A DNA stretch of 64,000 nt, taken from contig OZ286473.1 in NCBI GenBank assembly GCA_965644265.1, positions 63,860,001 to 63,924,000 on the forward strand, given 5' to 3'. Positions 1-12,581 of the stretch are shown here, in pieces (position 1 is the first letter of the stretch; the number at the start of each line of letters is the position of its first letter). The notes beneath the pieces were generated by a model. That model saw nothing but the letters and a program-made list of their open reading frames with translations. It was not told the origin of the DNA and did not search any database. The translations under genes and the position numbers were made by a program. The DNA is from Glycera tridactyla. Taxonomy: Eukaryota.

Positions 1-1242
1 AGTCTGGCAGTGGGCTGGGTAATCTGCCAACGTACCCATTCTCGACGGAATTTGTCATTTCTTGAAAAAAAATCAGAGCATAACGTTTTTATGATTCACT
101 GGTGTTTGAAGTATCTCGAATCCAGCGTCTGATCACAGGATACTGACGGAATGGATACATCATCAATGCATATCTTCAGACAATACATGATAGAGTGAAG
201 TTTAATGCATATTGAATCATGATATACTGTCTGAATAGGTCATTTCCAGCATATATCAAATATACAAAACTTGGTTTTGATTGGGGATTGAGTGTTGTCT
301 TCTCAACACAATCAGACAACAATATGACAGCACTTTGGTCAGAATATGTCACTGATGTATGGTTTGAAAACCTTTCTTCTCTTGAGAAGCGAAAAGGACA
401 TTCTAGCTGAAGGGAATCCCATAATCTCATATGAGCTTTCGGTTCACCGCATGATATGGTTGATATATCTCACATTGTGCACTGAGACATGTATACATCT
501 ACTCATTTTTTTACTCTCTACTATATGTTGATTGATTCAGGTGGGTCATTTTCTCATACTTTGCTATGAGGCAAATCATAAGACAGTCATGCATTCTTCG
601 CCACATGATGAATTTGTTGGAGGAGGATACAAGATGAATATTTCGAATGCATGCAGCATTGATACTGAAGCATCGACTTTTGATGAACCAGGGGGATACA
701 TCAGTAACATGGACAAGGGGACGCTGTCTATAACGTCATATTTTCCTCTCTGAGTGGGCAAGGAGCCAGTGTATACATGCAGAGAGAGCCTACAAGCATT
801 GTGGTTGCTGATGCTGTGTATTAGAACTGGGTTGATGACACCCGGGAGACGGTTGGCCTATTCATTGCCATCAAGCAGCGATCAGCAACAAGGAGATGGA
901 CATTAATTATGACAGATTGCAAGAGGGAGAGAGAGGGAGATGATGAGCGAGGAGGTGAAGAAGGAGTGAGCAGAAGGCTAAAGGGAAAAAAAGGAAGCTG
1001 GAGATGATGGGTAAGGAAGAAGAAGTAGAGGTAGAGGGACAAGCTGACTGACAATCAATTGGATAGAGAAATGGACATCTATCTGGACAGAAAAAAGAGA
1101 TGAAGTTACATGTGTGATTTAGAGGCCTGTGAGGCGTCTGTCTTGTCAAGACCGGGCAAAATCGTCATCTACCCTTCACAGAGTGCAACATCTGAATCCA
1201 ATCAGGCAACCTAGATGGGAGAGGTGGAGAGATTTACCAACC

Positions 1243-1395
1243 GATAGATAGATGGATAGATGGATGAATAGATGGATGGATGGATGGATGGATGGATTGA
1301 TTGATGGATTGATGCATGAATGGATTGGTGGATGAATAGATGAATAGATGAAATTGATGGATTGATTGATGGATGGATGGATGGATGGATGGATG
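1243..1395. repeat. (GATG/GATA/GATT)n compound microsatellite (also 42413-42565)
   Basis: Direct reading. Confidence 0.95.
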
Positions 1396-3329
1396 AAGAC
1401 AGGTAGACAAGTGGACTGGGGAAGGAGGGTGGGGGCTGAGAAGGAGGGGGACGCAAAATTAGTAAAGAGAAAGATGAGGTCAAAGCAGTTAGAGGTAAAT
1501 GATGCAGAGGGACAGTGAAAGCAAAAGACGAAGCAGAAGAGTGAGTTTGGGGGAAAGAAGGAGAGAGAACGAGGAACGGGATGAAAAGAGAGAGAGCTTA
1601 GCCAGATACATTTGCCGTAGATATCGAATTATAGATATCCCTCATCTCTATCACTGATAAGCTTATACTGCGGTTTCTAAGTGGGCGAACGAGCTTCTTC
1701 AATTCATGAACACATGTAATTTAGCAGAAAGTCGCAATCTTTCCTGAACTGAAGGTGCTTTTCAGCATTGCTTATTGGTTTCTAGTGTTCCTGTATCATG
1801 AATTAGATTGAATTTGATTCCGCTGAAATGGACCCTCCATTATCTCTGCCAGGCAGAGCTCGCCTCTCCCTCCATAGCATGAGATGCTATCATCAAATTT
1901 CATGTCTTGGGACATCGACCCAGCGTCCACACAAGTCTTCTGCTTTCAATCATCAAAGTAGTGACATCTGATTGATGTCTTAATCAGTGAGGATTCAGCC
2001 CAACTCCGCTGTGAGATGGTTTGACAAGAATATCCACTAAGAATAGTAGCTCTAGTCACTCTATATTGCCTATCAGGCAGTTTTGTTACGTGACTTATAT
2101 TTCGTGTAATGGAAGAATGAGATCTGGAAATGAAGAGGTTTTCTCATGGTGTGATGAAGGTCACTTTTGCGAATAAGCTGTTTGCGTGGTCTCCAAGAAA
2201 AGTTTCTGCCACTTGAGCTCGGAATATGAGTTATTCAACATAGAGACATCGCATTGTATTGTATTGTATTGTATCACAACGAACATAAGAATAGAAAAAC
2301 CATCCAAAATAGAAGATATAATCGAGGTGATATCAGAAACTATGTCGAATATAGTCTTGTCGATAACATATTCATTAATCTGTGAGAAGCGAATTTTATA
2401 GCTGAAAGCAGAGGGAGCATATTTACAGTCTTGAAAAACAAATGGACCGGGGAAATATGAAAAGTTGTTGTTTACTGGAAACGGATGGCATTATTTTTTC
2501 AGCATTGATAGCAGAGCAATACGACATACAGAAGATTGCTTAAACCCAATTAGATGATTTGACTGCAAATGACACTTCATCAATCTGTTTTTTAGAACAG
2601 CTATCCTGGGCTCTGTAAAGGCATATTGATCAGCTGAGAAGTCACCAGGGGGCGATGTTGTTGTTTTAACTGAAGGTATATAGCTACAGAAAGTCAATGA
2701 TACAACTAGTTCCGATAATAGCCTCAGCACTGAACATGGTTAGGGTATTTTCTGACTCCACTACCAATCTGGGATTTTTTTGGAGTTGTGATTGTTATCA
2801 TTCGTGATAACCAGTGAATACACCAGTATCCGAGAGGCGGAGAATCCATGGGACTCAGTCGAAAATGTTCTGTCACCAGAATCATGGATTGAACCCAGAA
2901 TCATTGCTTTAATTCATTATTACTATCACAACATGGTGACTACAGATCATAACATGAATCAATATCTCCGTTTGTATATCATAGCTCATCTATATGGGCC
3001 TGGAGGCCTAGTTTATCTCGCCGGCTTCCTTCAAGACCTTTCGATCTGGTTCTGGGGGAACTACACGTGATCCAAAAATACGTTGGACTCAATGTTACCT
3101 ACATTGTAAGTCAATCCGCTGGCCTTTTTGACCCAAGGGAAACATTCTGCCTGAAAAGTTTTACAGAGATGACAATTGGTAGAGAATATAACTGAGTTGG
3201 AGTTTATGTCTGGTTCAACAGTGATGTATATCCATCCAGTTGCAAGTGATAAGAAATCATGTAATATGAATTCATAGATTGTCAGACTACACAAAAAAGT
3301 CATCAAAGGAAAGTACATTTTGTGAGATC

Positions 3330-3577
3330 GAGAAAAGGGGGGATCAAGGAAGGAATAAGGAGAAGGAGAAGAAGAGAAAGAATAAGCAGGAGTAGAAGTT
3401 TGGGAAGCAGAAGAGAGAGAAGAAAGAGAGGACGGAGAAGAAGAAGAAGAAGAAGAAGAAGAAGAAGAAGAAGAAGAAGAAGAATGCATGGACTGAATGT
3501 GAATTTTATTCCTGACATGTAGCTACTACTCTATACGCCTCTTGGATAGAGGAAGTGATGATGATGATGATGATGAC

Positions 3578-3623
<46 letters not shown>
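3330..3623. repeat. (GAA)n tract followed by (GAT)n microsatellite (shorter in copy 2, ~44500-44775)
   Basis: Pure GAA run ~3435-3484; GAT run 3556-3623. Confidence 0.95.
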
Positions 3624-4212
3624 GCATTCATGCTGAATGACAGTAGACCCTCTGGACATTTCAATGATAATGAGAATGATTATATTGATTTCCTCGTGGA
3701 TATGGGGTGCCTACCAATATCATCCAGCTAGGCAGGCATACAATCAGGCATATAATCAGGCCAGGTAGCTGACAATCACATGGTTGATTGAAACTTGTAC
3801 TACTACCCTGCAGGCCTATGAGAGACAACAGGCAAACAGTCAAAAGTAATATTGCCTAGTTTCTGCCACTTGACAGTGAACAAGGATGACGTCTAAGTCT
3901 GGTTAGGCTAGCATTCAATCAGGCTAAGGTGTTGACAATCACACGGGAAATTAGAGCTGGTAGTACAACCTTGCCGACAAGCACGCGTCTAGACGCCAAA
4001 TGTCAACAGCAATATTGGTTCACTTCACCAACACAAACCTTTTCTCACTGACAAAAGTTTGCAGCCCTTGTCATCATCACGTTCCCGACATTGAATGCAG
4101 AGTACATCTTGAATGAAATGCTTGGTCTGATCGGATTCTTTATCATGGTTGTATGATGAAATCACTAGGTCCCTGTCTGCTACCAGGAGTTATGCCTATA
4201 AGACGATTGATT
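3624..4212 (+). repeat. ~600-bp dispersed repeat, inverted paralog of 21770-22960 (also at ~44776-45365)
   Basis: The reverse complement aligns to 21770-21998 plus 22610-22960, e.g. GATTTCATCATACAACCA..ATCCGATCAGAC.AAGCATTTCATTCAAG.TGTACTCTGCATTCAATGTCGGGAA and GGTTGTACTACCAGCTCTAATTTCCC. Confidence 0.9.
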
Positions 4213-4213
4213 G

Positions 4214-4242
4214 ATCATCATCATCATCTTCATAATCATCAC

Positions 4243-4293
<51 letters not shown>

Positions 4294-4307
4294 AATCATC
4301 ATCATCT
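4214..4307. repeat. (CAT)n microsatellite (also ~45366-45462)
   Basis: Direct reading. Confidence 0.95.
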
Positions 4308-5737
4308 TCAGTAGCTGTAGCGAAATGATAGGCAATCAAATGGCGTTCCAGGAATGATGGATCATTTCTTCAATTACAACAATAGGAAGACCTATCTAAG
4401 CAACGACTCTTTGCCATACGGCTCGGCCATGAGGATGAATCAATATTTGTATAACAACAGGAAATAGCACTTTTTCAGCAACTGATCATCAATCCCTATT
4501 TTCAGGTGGCCGGCCATTCATTTTTACAGATTGATTACAATGATGATCGATCTTCAATCTGTTCTCCAAAAGATATGGCACATAGATATCGAGACAGAAT
4601 GGAGGGGAAGGCACTGGCTTCGCCAGTATAATCGTAATTCTTCAGCAACAGATTAACACCCTGTCATCTGATTTGCATACCACTTCCTTTTAAATTGATC
4701 CCATCTTAGACACCTTCCTCCATGATTTCATCATCACATATATCCTACCGCATCAACTCATATCATACCACTCTCACATCAACTGATATCATACCAATTT
4801 TCACAGGTTTCTCTTGCATGAGCGGCTGGGGCCTAACCGTGTGCACTCTCATGCCCGATAAAGTTCTCACCACCTTTCTCTTCATCTTTGCCTCGTCGTC
4901 AGTGATCTTCCATTTATATATTTCGAAGGTTCATATCAATGACTAGTGTTCACTCGGATCGTAAAATGGGTCATTTGAAAAAAAGTAGAGATAACAGACA
5001 ATTCGATGGCTTTGCTGATATGATAGATTCATCTCTGTAAGGCAACATTGGAGAGGAATTCCACAGCTACTTATCACCCTTTTCACTCGGTGATCATTCA
5101 TCGATTTATGTTAAGGGTTCAACAAACATAATGACTAATGTTCACTCTCATTTCAAAGTGATATATTTCGTAAGGATCCAGACAAAATGCCAGGCACTAA
5201 TGTCACTTGGCCAAAAGTATCGATTCATCCTAGCATGAGAACAATACACAATTTAGCATATGTCCCTCAATGGGGGTATACAATGTCTTTGTGAGTATGA
5301 TTGATCCATCCTCGAATCACAAAAATGAATGGTGCTTTAACAACGAATCATCTACCATGTTCTTCAGTGAACAGACATGTTTCAGGTCAGAAGAAGGGCA
5401 AGATAATGAACAATACTATGAACTTCCCAATATGATATGCATGCTCATTGTATCGTAACCGAAAAGTCTTTCTTCTATGACAATCTATCATATATTTTCT
5501 TTAGTGATCCATCACAAACTTACATGCTTTTTCAAGAATGAGTGATGCTCACTCTGATATAACAACTAATATATTTGGTCATCAAGGCTGAAAAGGAAGG
5601 CTCAAGACATAAGATTGGGGTTGACAGAGGTGAAGGTTTGAATCCTATATATCTTGAATATATATTGAAACTTTGATGACTCGACCTGGAGAGGTCAAAG
5701 CACATGGTGCTAAGTCAAGATCTTACTAATTCCATCA

Positions 5738-5900
5738 TAGTCCGGGAGCCACATGTCTCTAAGTGCTCAAAAATGGGTTTTCGCCTACTTGGCGAGGTAC
5801 CTGAGGTTTGACGCTCATTTATAGTGTAAAACTATCTCCTGAATCAGGATTTGAGGTGTGTATTGTAAAAAGACCTGGCGAACACATTCATTTTTTATGA
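5738..5900 (+). repeat. Left imperfect terminal inverted repeat of Academ copy 1
   Basis: 14-bp perfect terminus. The 24-bp block TTTCGCCTACTTGGCGAGGTACCT (5779-5802) matches 12679-12702 in reverse at 22/24. Weaker inverted similarity continues to ~5900 versus ~12582. Confidence 0.8.
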
Positions 5901-6632
5901 TGAATACACGTCTCCCCCAAAAAATAGGCAAAATATCATATTTTCATATTATCCACCATCCAAGCCCAGGACACAGACAAAGCTGCTAATTTTGAATGCC
6001 ATTTGCTCCTAGCATATGTATTCAACTGCAGGATGAATAAAAATCTCTTTAAACAGAAAATAGGTAGATCTTTCAGTGAAAATATACAAAAAATAGTGTG
6101 ATTTTTGGCATTTTTTTGTGATATCTCGCATGTTTTATGGTGCTATTCAGCAGTTTTCATGGATAGAGTCAAGATTATTCGTGGATGTGTTCTGTGGAAT
6201 GTACCAATCATGATTCTACTGCAGAATGTTGTTCACATTGTGAGAAAAAATTATGTCAATTTTTTCTTTATTGTGATGACGCAGACCTAACTCTCATTTC
6301 TGAGCAATACATATATTCCAGCAGCAACTGACTATTCATGGCCCATGTCCTACTTTTCATTTTGGGACAGGAGGAGACCTAGCAAGAACCTTCACAAAAG
6401 AATAATTTACCAAGTTTTATTTGCAGGTAAATGATCAGGTATTATAGGAAGACCAGATGTATGATGACAGGGGCGCCAGTAGGATTGCGAGTGAGTCTGA
6501 TCACCCATCCAATCTCCACAGGATTCTTGAAGGCAACTGTGTTGTTCTCATCTGATCAATATTTTTTCTGTATGTTTTCAGTTGTGCTGAATTGAAAATT
6601 GACAGAATCTATGTACAGCTAGATTAAGAACC

Positions 6633-9600
6633 ATGGCATCTCTGTTCCCAAGTCCTAAGAAGAAAGTGACAGTAGTCACAGACTATAGTCGTTGCATCAA
6701 GTGCCAGATACACCAAAGAGATACAAGTGAAGAACTGCACAATGTTTCCCATGCTAGCTACAGAACACTTGTAACTGTCCTGAATGCTCGAAATGATGAT
6801 ACATCAAAGAGACTGCAGGCAGATATCCAGTCAGAAGATGAATTTTTCAGAAAGCATCCAAAGTGGCACAATTCTTGTCGTGGTACCTGGACTACCAAGT
6901 CAAATTTCAATGCAGGTGAACAACAAAGATCATCAGATCAATGTAGATTAACAAGGAGCCAAAGTTATGAATTTGATTTTAAATGTATGTGTATTTTGTG
7001 TGGTGCAGAAAAATTACCTGGAAAGAAGAAACATGAGCGTCTCTCGAGGGTTGAGACTACATCAGTCCAAAAAACGATTTTTGATAATGTGGTGCAATGT
7101 GATGATCAGAAGGTCCGGACAAGAATCATTTCTGATAATGATTGCTCCATTGACATGATTGCAGTTGAGGCACGATATCACAAAACATGTTATTTGAATC
7201 TGATGAAAAAGTCAAAGACCAAAGACTCATCGAAAGATGTCAGTGAGTTCGATGCAGCATTTGAAATGTTAATAAGTGAGATAGAGGACTCATTATATGC
7301 AGGTAAACTGTATCACTTGACATCTGTGACTGACTTATATAGAAATCATTTAGTTACTGTTGGAATGGATGAAGGTAGGGCATCAATATATCGCAATGAT
7401 AACATGAAGAAAAGACTTCAGAGTTATTTTGGTGACAGCATATCATTCATCCCTCAATCTGGGCGATCTTCGGATATTATTTGCCATGCCAAAATGTCTG
7501 CAGCCAATCTCATAAAATCCTGGACTGAACTCCGATGTGATGTTGATGAGAATTATGTCAGATTAGAGAGTGATAATGCTGCTTATGATGAATCTTTTGG
7601 TGATTGTAGTGATGAGTTTGATGCAAAGATGACTTATAGATTCGCCCGAAAACTCAAATCTGACATTGAACAAATGAAGGCAACTTTCCAAAGGACAGAT
7701 ATACAATCATTTGATGTATCATATGAACAAGCATTTGCCATGGTTCCAGCAAGTCTGTATAATCTGATTGTATGTATGTTGTCAGATGTGTCTTGTGATC
7801 AAATAGGTGATAATGGGTGCATTGCCACTGAGCAAAGTCTTCATGAACGAGTGCTCAACCTTGCGCAGATTCTAGTGTATTCCATTTCAGGCTTACATAC
7901 ACCTGAACAGATTGGCTTAGCAGTATATGTCTTCCACAAAACCAGAAGTAAAGATGTCATAACAATGCTTAATCGGGCATGCCTCTGTATCAGCTATGAT
8001 GAGTTACAAAGGGTTCTCTCAACTGTTGCATTGGAAGTCAGTGAGCAGATTGATGATGAAAAAGTGTTTATCCCTCCAAATATAGTGCCAGGACCATTTA
8101 CCCAGTTTGCAATTGATAATCTGGACTTTTCTGAGTGCACACTTGAAGGAAGCAGTATGCATGTTACAAGTATGGTAATGTTCCAGACAGAAACACTGAC
8201 AGGAGGGTCACTTGGCAATGTACCTCTGAAGTTAAGCCGTAAGCGCAGCCTTCGTGGATCATCATGCGCCCTCTCTCTCACATCAGGGGAGCAAATGCGA
8301 GAAGTAAAGAAGGTAAAGCGCCAAGTGATTCCAGGAAAGAATACCGACATGAGTAAGATTCTTCAAAGATATGTGCCTGAAACACCAAATATGAATCTAT
8401 GCTGGAACTTGCTCCGCTTATGTCCAACTAAACTTCTTAAGGTGGAAGTTGACTGTCCTGGGTGGAAGACATTTCAGGCATCTCTGAAACCCAAGCATAG
8501 TCCAGTCACTACAATTGGATACTGTCCCTTTCTGCCGGCATCCCCAACCAACCCTGCAGTTGTAGAGGAGGCACTGAAGATATGCATGGGTGCAAGCAAG
8601 AAACTTGGAATGACCCATACTGTCGTGACACAGGATGAAGCAATATATGAGATCAGCTATACTCTTCGCAACAAGACACCATCTGACTTTCCCGATCTTA
8701 TTCTCAGGCTTGGGGGATTCCACCTACTGATGAACTACCTAGGTGCCATAGGAAAACTGATGCACGGCTCTGGACTCAAAGAACTATTTGTAAATGGCAA
8801 CCTTCTTAAGGATGGGACAGCAGAAAAGGTTCTAGCAGGCAAAGGCTACTATCAGGCTTTGAATGCACATATGGTTGTCTATGAAGCACTACAGGCACTA
8901 CGGTGGGAGGCGTTTGAAGATTGGGTTATTGATCAGAACATCAATACGGACTTTCTGGCTGACATCAATGATCTCATGGTGATACTAGAGAACAGATTCA
9001 AGATAAGAGATGTTGACAGTTGTGAAACAGCTTATCATATTGCAAAGCAGCTTGACCAAGTGAAGCTACTGATGAATCAGTATGATCAGGAGCATGCCAG
9101 TCACAAAACATACCAGCTCTGGATCAACTATCTTGATGTGATTGAGATCCTTCTTTCTTATTTACATGCAGAGCGGGGTGCTGTGTGGTAGGAACATCTC
9201 TCAGCCACTGCACAAATGGCAGAATACATTGCTGCAGCTGACCATATAAAGTACATCAAAACAGTAGTTTGTTACCTACAGGAAATGAGAAATTTGGAAA
9301 ATGAAGTACCTCACATCCATGATGCATTTGAATGTGGTGAGTTTACAGTGAAGAGATCAGCAGGTAACTTCAACTCAATCTGGACTGATATGGCTTTGGA
9401 ATGTTCTCAGAACTGTGACACAAAGGGTCGTTCTGGCCAAGCAGGACTGAAAGGTATCACAATGGATAAGTGGGCCCAAGAAAAATGGTTCAAGACCCTG
9501 CCATTTGCAGCAGCTGTTACAAATTCCATGAAATCAATGCTCCATATAAACAGTCCAGAGGAGTCACATGATTTGGAAAGTAGCAACATGAGAAAGAAGC

Positions 9601-11441
9601 AATATGACCTACGAGATATGGTCCTGGAATCAGTCAAGAAAGGTGAGATAATCAACCCTTTCGCTTTTACAAAGACAGATCTTGTGTCATCAGCTGATGG
9701 AATTGTTGCAACCGAACAGATTGCTGTGGATTTGCTAGATGCCAAAAAACATGGGAGAAAGGCATTGTATGAATTTGTGGATACAGATAAAACTAATAAA
9801 CTGAAGCTTCACACATTCAGTGACATGAAACCCCAGAAGAAGTGTGTCCCAAAATCAGTGAAACTTCTGGTTGCAAATGAAGTGGATACACTGAAACGGC
9901 TTCTGATGGAGATCGGAAGAAGCATGCACACAGTGAATTTGAAAGAGGCCCTCAACTATGAGCTTCAAGGCCACCCCCCAGCTCTTGCATACATAAACTT
10001 GGCAACAAACAATATTGTTCTGAGAAGTGGCAACAAATCATCTCTCCTAACAGTACTCAAACAGAAGTGTGAGCTAGATGAATGGCCTACAAGTATTCAG
10101 GAACCCACAAGGAAGCGTGGCATTATTGTAGACACTATGTCCTTTATCCATGCACATAAGCCATTGAACAATGAGCTTGGGGATTCATATGCCAATCGTT
10201 TGTTCCATGCTTTCATCCACAACACAGAATGTAGTGAAGTTCATCTAGTTGCTGATCGATATGATGGCCTGAGCACTGAAACAGGTGCTGGAAGTGGAAT
10301 AAGTTTGAAAGATGCTAGTGGGTGTCATGATCATAGAGGGCAGTCTGAAATGGTGTACAGTGTCAGTACTGGACATGCCATCAAGAACTGGAACAGTATT
10401 CTTTCCAGTAAGAAGAGTAAGACTCAGCTGGTGCGATACCTATTTGAGCAATGGTCACTCCAGCAAGAATGCATCCCGGAGACGCTGACAGTGACTCTGG
10501 GAGGTGGCTTTGAAGACCGGAAAGAAGTGCGGCTTCTTTGTAATGGAAGCACAAATGCCTTGGAGAGAGATTCTGATGATGAAATCCTCAGAACTTTATC
10601 ATCCACCCATGAAGAAGCAGACACACGCCTGTTCCTTCATTTAGCTGCTTGTGTTCATAATGGCTGTTCACAGGTGATAGTCAAAGCATCAGATACAGAC
10701 ATTGTGGTTATCAGTATATACCTCTACAATCGTCTCTCCTCCAGAGGGTTAGAAGAACTGTATATACACACTAGAGATAGTTTCATCCCAATCCACAAAA
10801 TTGCCCGGGTTCTGAAGACCAATGAAGCCAAGATGTTACCATTAGTCCATGCTTTGAGTGGGTGTGACACAACCAGTTTCTTCTTTGGAAAAGGCAAGAG
10901 AAGTTTTTGGGTGGCAGCTTCCAACCATCAGGCTGAGCTGGGTAGTATCTCCTCTGAAATCGAGGAAGATGGCCTAACTGCTGGGCTAATTGATCGTACA
11001 CTTGCAGTCGCTAAGATGGTCACAGTTGCTGTATATCATCAACAAGATTTCATAAGTCTCAATGAACTTAGACAACATCTTTATGCTAGAACAAAATCAA
11101 TCCAAGCCCTACCACCAACGGATGATGCCTTCCAGCAACATGTATTGCGAGCATTGTTTCAGACCTGTGTATGGGTCAAAGCTATGCAAACACAACCGAC
11201 TCTTCCCTCTCCATTGAATTTTGGATGGCTGATGTTGCCAGTTGGAGTCCAGCCTCTTTTGCTGACCGTAACCTCACTTCCTCCATCATTACAAGGAAGT
11301 CTGTTCTGTAACTGCAAGCAGATGTGTGCTAGAAACTGTCCATGCCATAAGAAACAAATGCCATGTGCAGTGGCTTGCACATGTCGTGGTGATATTGACA
11401 GGTGTTTGCGTATGCAGTTGGTACAAGATGATATTGACTGA
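6633..11441 (+). pseudogene. Academ transposase-XPG nuclease fusion (1602 codons) interrupted by one in-frame TAG at 9189-9191
   Basis: ORFs 6633-9191 and 9216-11441 are in the same frame, and copy 2 has CAG at the stop position. Motifs: NLS-like PKKKV; two CxxC...HxxC motifs (CIKC..WHNSC, CILC..YHKTC); putative catalytic FAID495NLD, TQD668EAIY, GGFH697 and DMALE923; FEN1/XPG-like acidic motifs IVD1167, AD1208RY, HEEAD1330, SD1354TD1356 and GCD1412; C-terminal CNCKQMCARNCPC...CAVACTC...C (9 Cys). Confidence 0.9.
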
Positions 11442-11989
11442 AACAAAATATAGTTTGTATGTATGTATGAATGTATATATGTATGTATTTGTGGCTCACA
11501 TCTCAGTCAACCCATATCTTCCAGGCCCAACAATTAGCCTGAAAAATTCTGATTCTGATACATATGATAAGTCTGATCAGTCAATTGCAATGGGTGGCAT
11601 TCATCGATATGATATCTTGTGTGGGTGCTATCATCATCAAGAAAGGTGTATTTAGTATCCTTGATCAGTGTCTTTGAATGCCTTTTGATATAACATGTAA
11701 GGTTTTCACAAAGATCCATGTTCGAGCTACACATGAAAGACTGGATGGAGAACATAGCTTAGAGAACCATCATAACAAATATTTAACATAGCACTTGAGG
11801 GGAAATGGGCACTACTTAGAATAAATAAGGTAATACATTTTATTTTACACAGGAAAGAATAGAAAATCTAAATCAGTAAGTGAGCCAAGCTATCATATGT
11901 ATCCATAAACTTTCAGAATGTTAAAAGATCAGCAATATTGAAAGCATGGGCAGTATTTGGAGGTGACAATTTCAGGCTTTTGTGACGTC

Positions 11990-12350
11990 GAATATTTGGT
12001 TGCAAGGGGGGTAGGATGGGTCATGAAGGCATAATTGGGAGAAGAAATATGCTGATCAACCCTATTTTTGCATATAGAGAGCCTCTTATCGATATCATGT
12101 TCTGTGTGTAATATCATAGCTATATTGCATGTTTTGGTTGACTTGTAGTGACTTTTGTACTTGATAGACGACAATGCTCGAATTTTTGCTTGCAAGGGGG
12201 GTAGGGGGGCTCATGAGGGCATAATTGGGAGAAAGAATGAACTGACCAAGCCAATTTTTACTGATGGAGAGCCTAGTATTATCATCATGTTTTGTGTGTA
12301 TTATCATAGATGTACTGCTGATTTTGGCTGAGTTGTAGTGACTTTTTTGC
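11990..12350. repeat. Diverged subterminal direct repeat (2 units, 190-bp period) in the Academ 3' arm
   Basis: TGCAAGGGGGGTAGG...GGCATAATTGGGAGA...GAGAGCCT...ATCATGTT.TGTGTGTA.TATCATAG...GTTGTAGTGACTTTT begins at 12001 and again at 12191. Confidence 0.85.
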
Positions 12351-12581
12351 TTTCCAAACGACGATTTTTGTGAAAAAAATCGAGATTTTCTCCCAAATTC
12401 TTGGTGAATTTGCATGGAAAATGTTATCCTATGCATCTGAAAGTATTTTTTTTCTGATTCAACTATATCATTCATGATTGTCATACAACAGAAGGTGAAA
12501 ATATTCACAAGTTTCAAAACTGTATTGGGATACATTACATATATGGGATAATATTGTGAATCTCGAAAAAAACGCAAGTTT

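Noticed and set aside
9189-9191. Programmed stop-codon readthrough or a two-gene (transposase + nuclease) arrangement
   Set aside because: The paralog has CAG at this position and its own stops elsewhere, so this is an ordinary C-to-T nonsense mutation.
12095-12577. 160-aa minus-strand ORF as a second Academ gene
   Set aside because: Non-ATG start, overlaps the subterminal repeat/TIR, is broken in copy 2 and has no recognisable motif.
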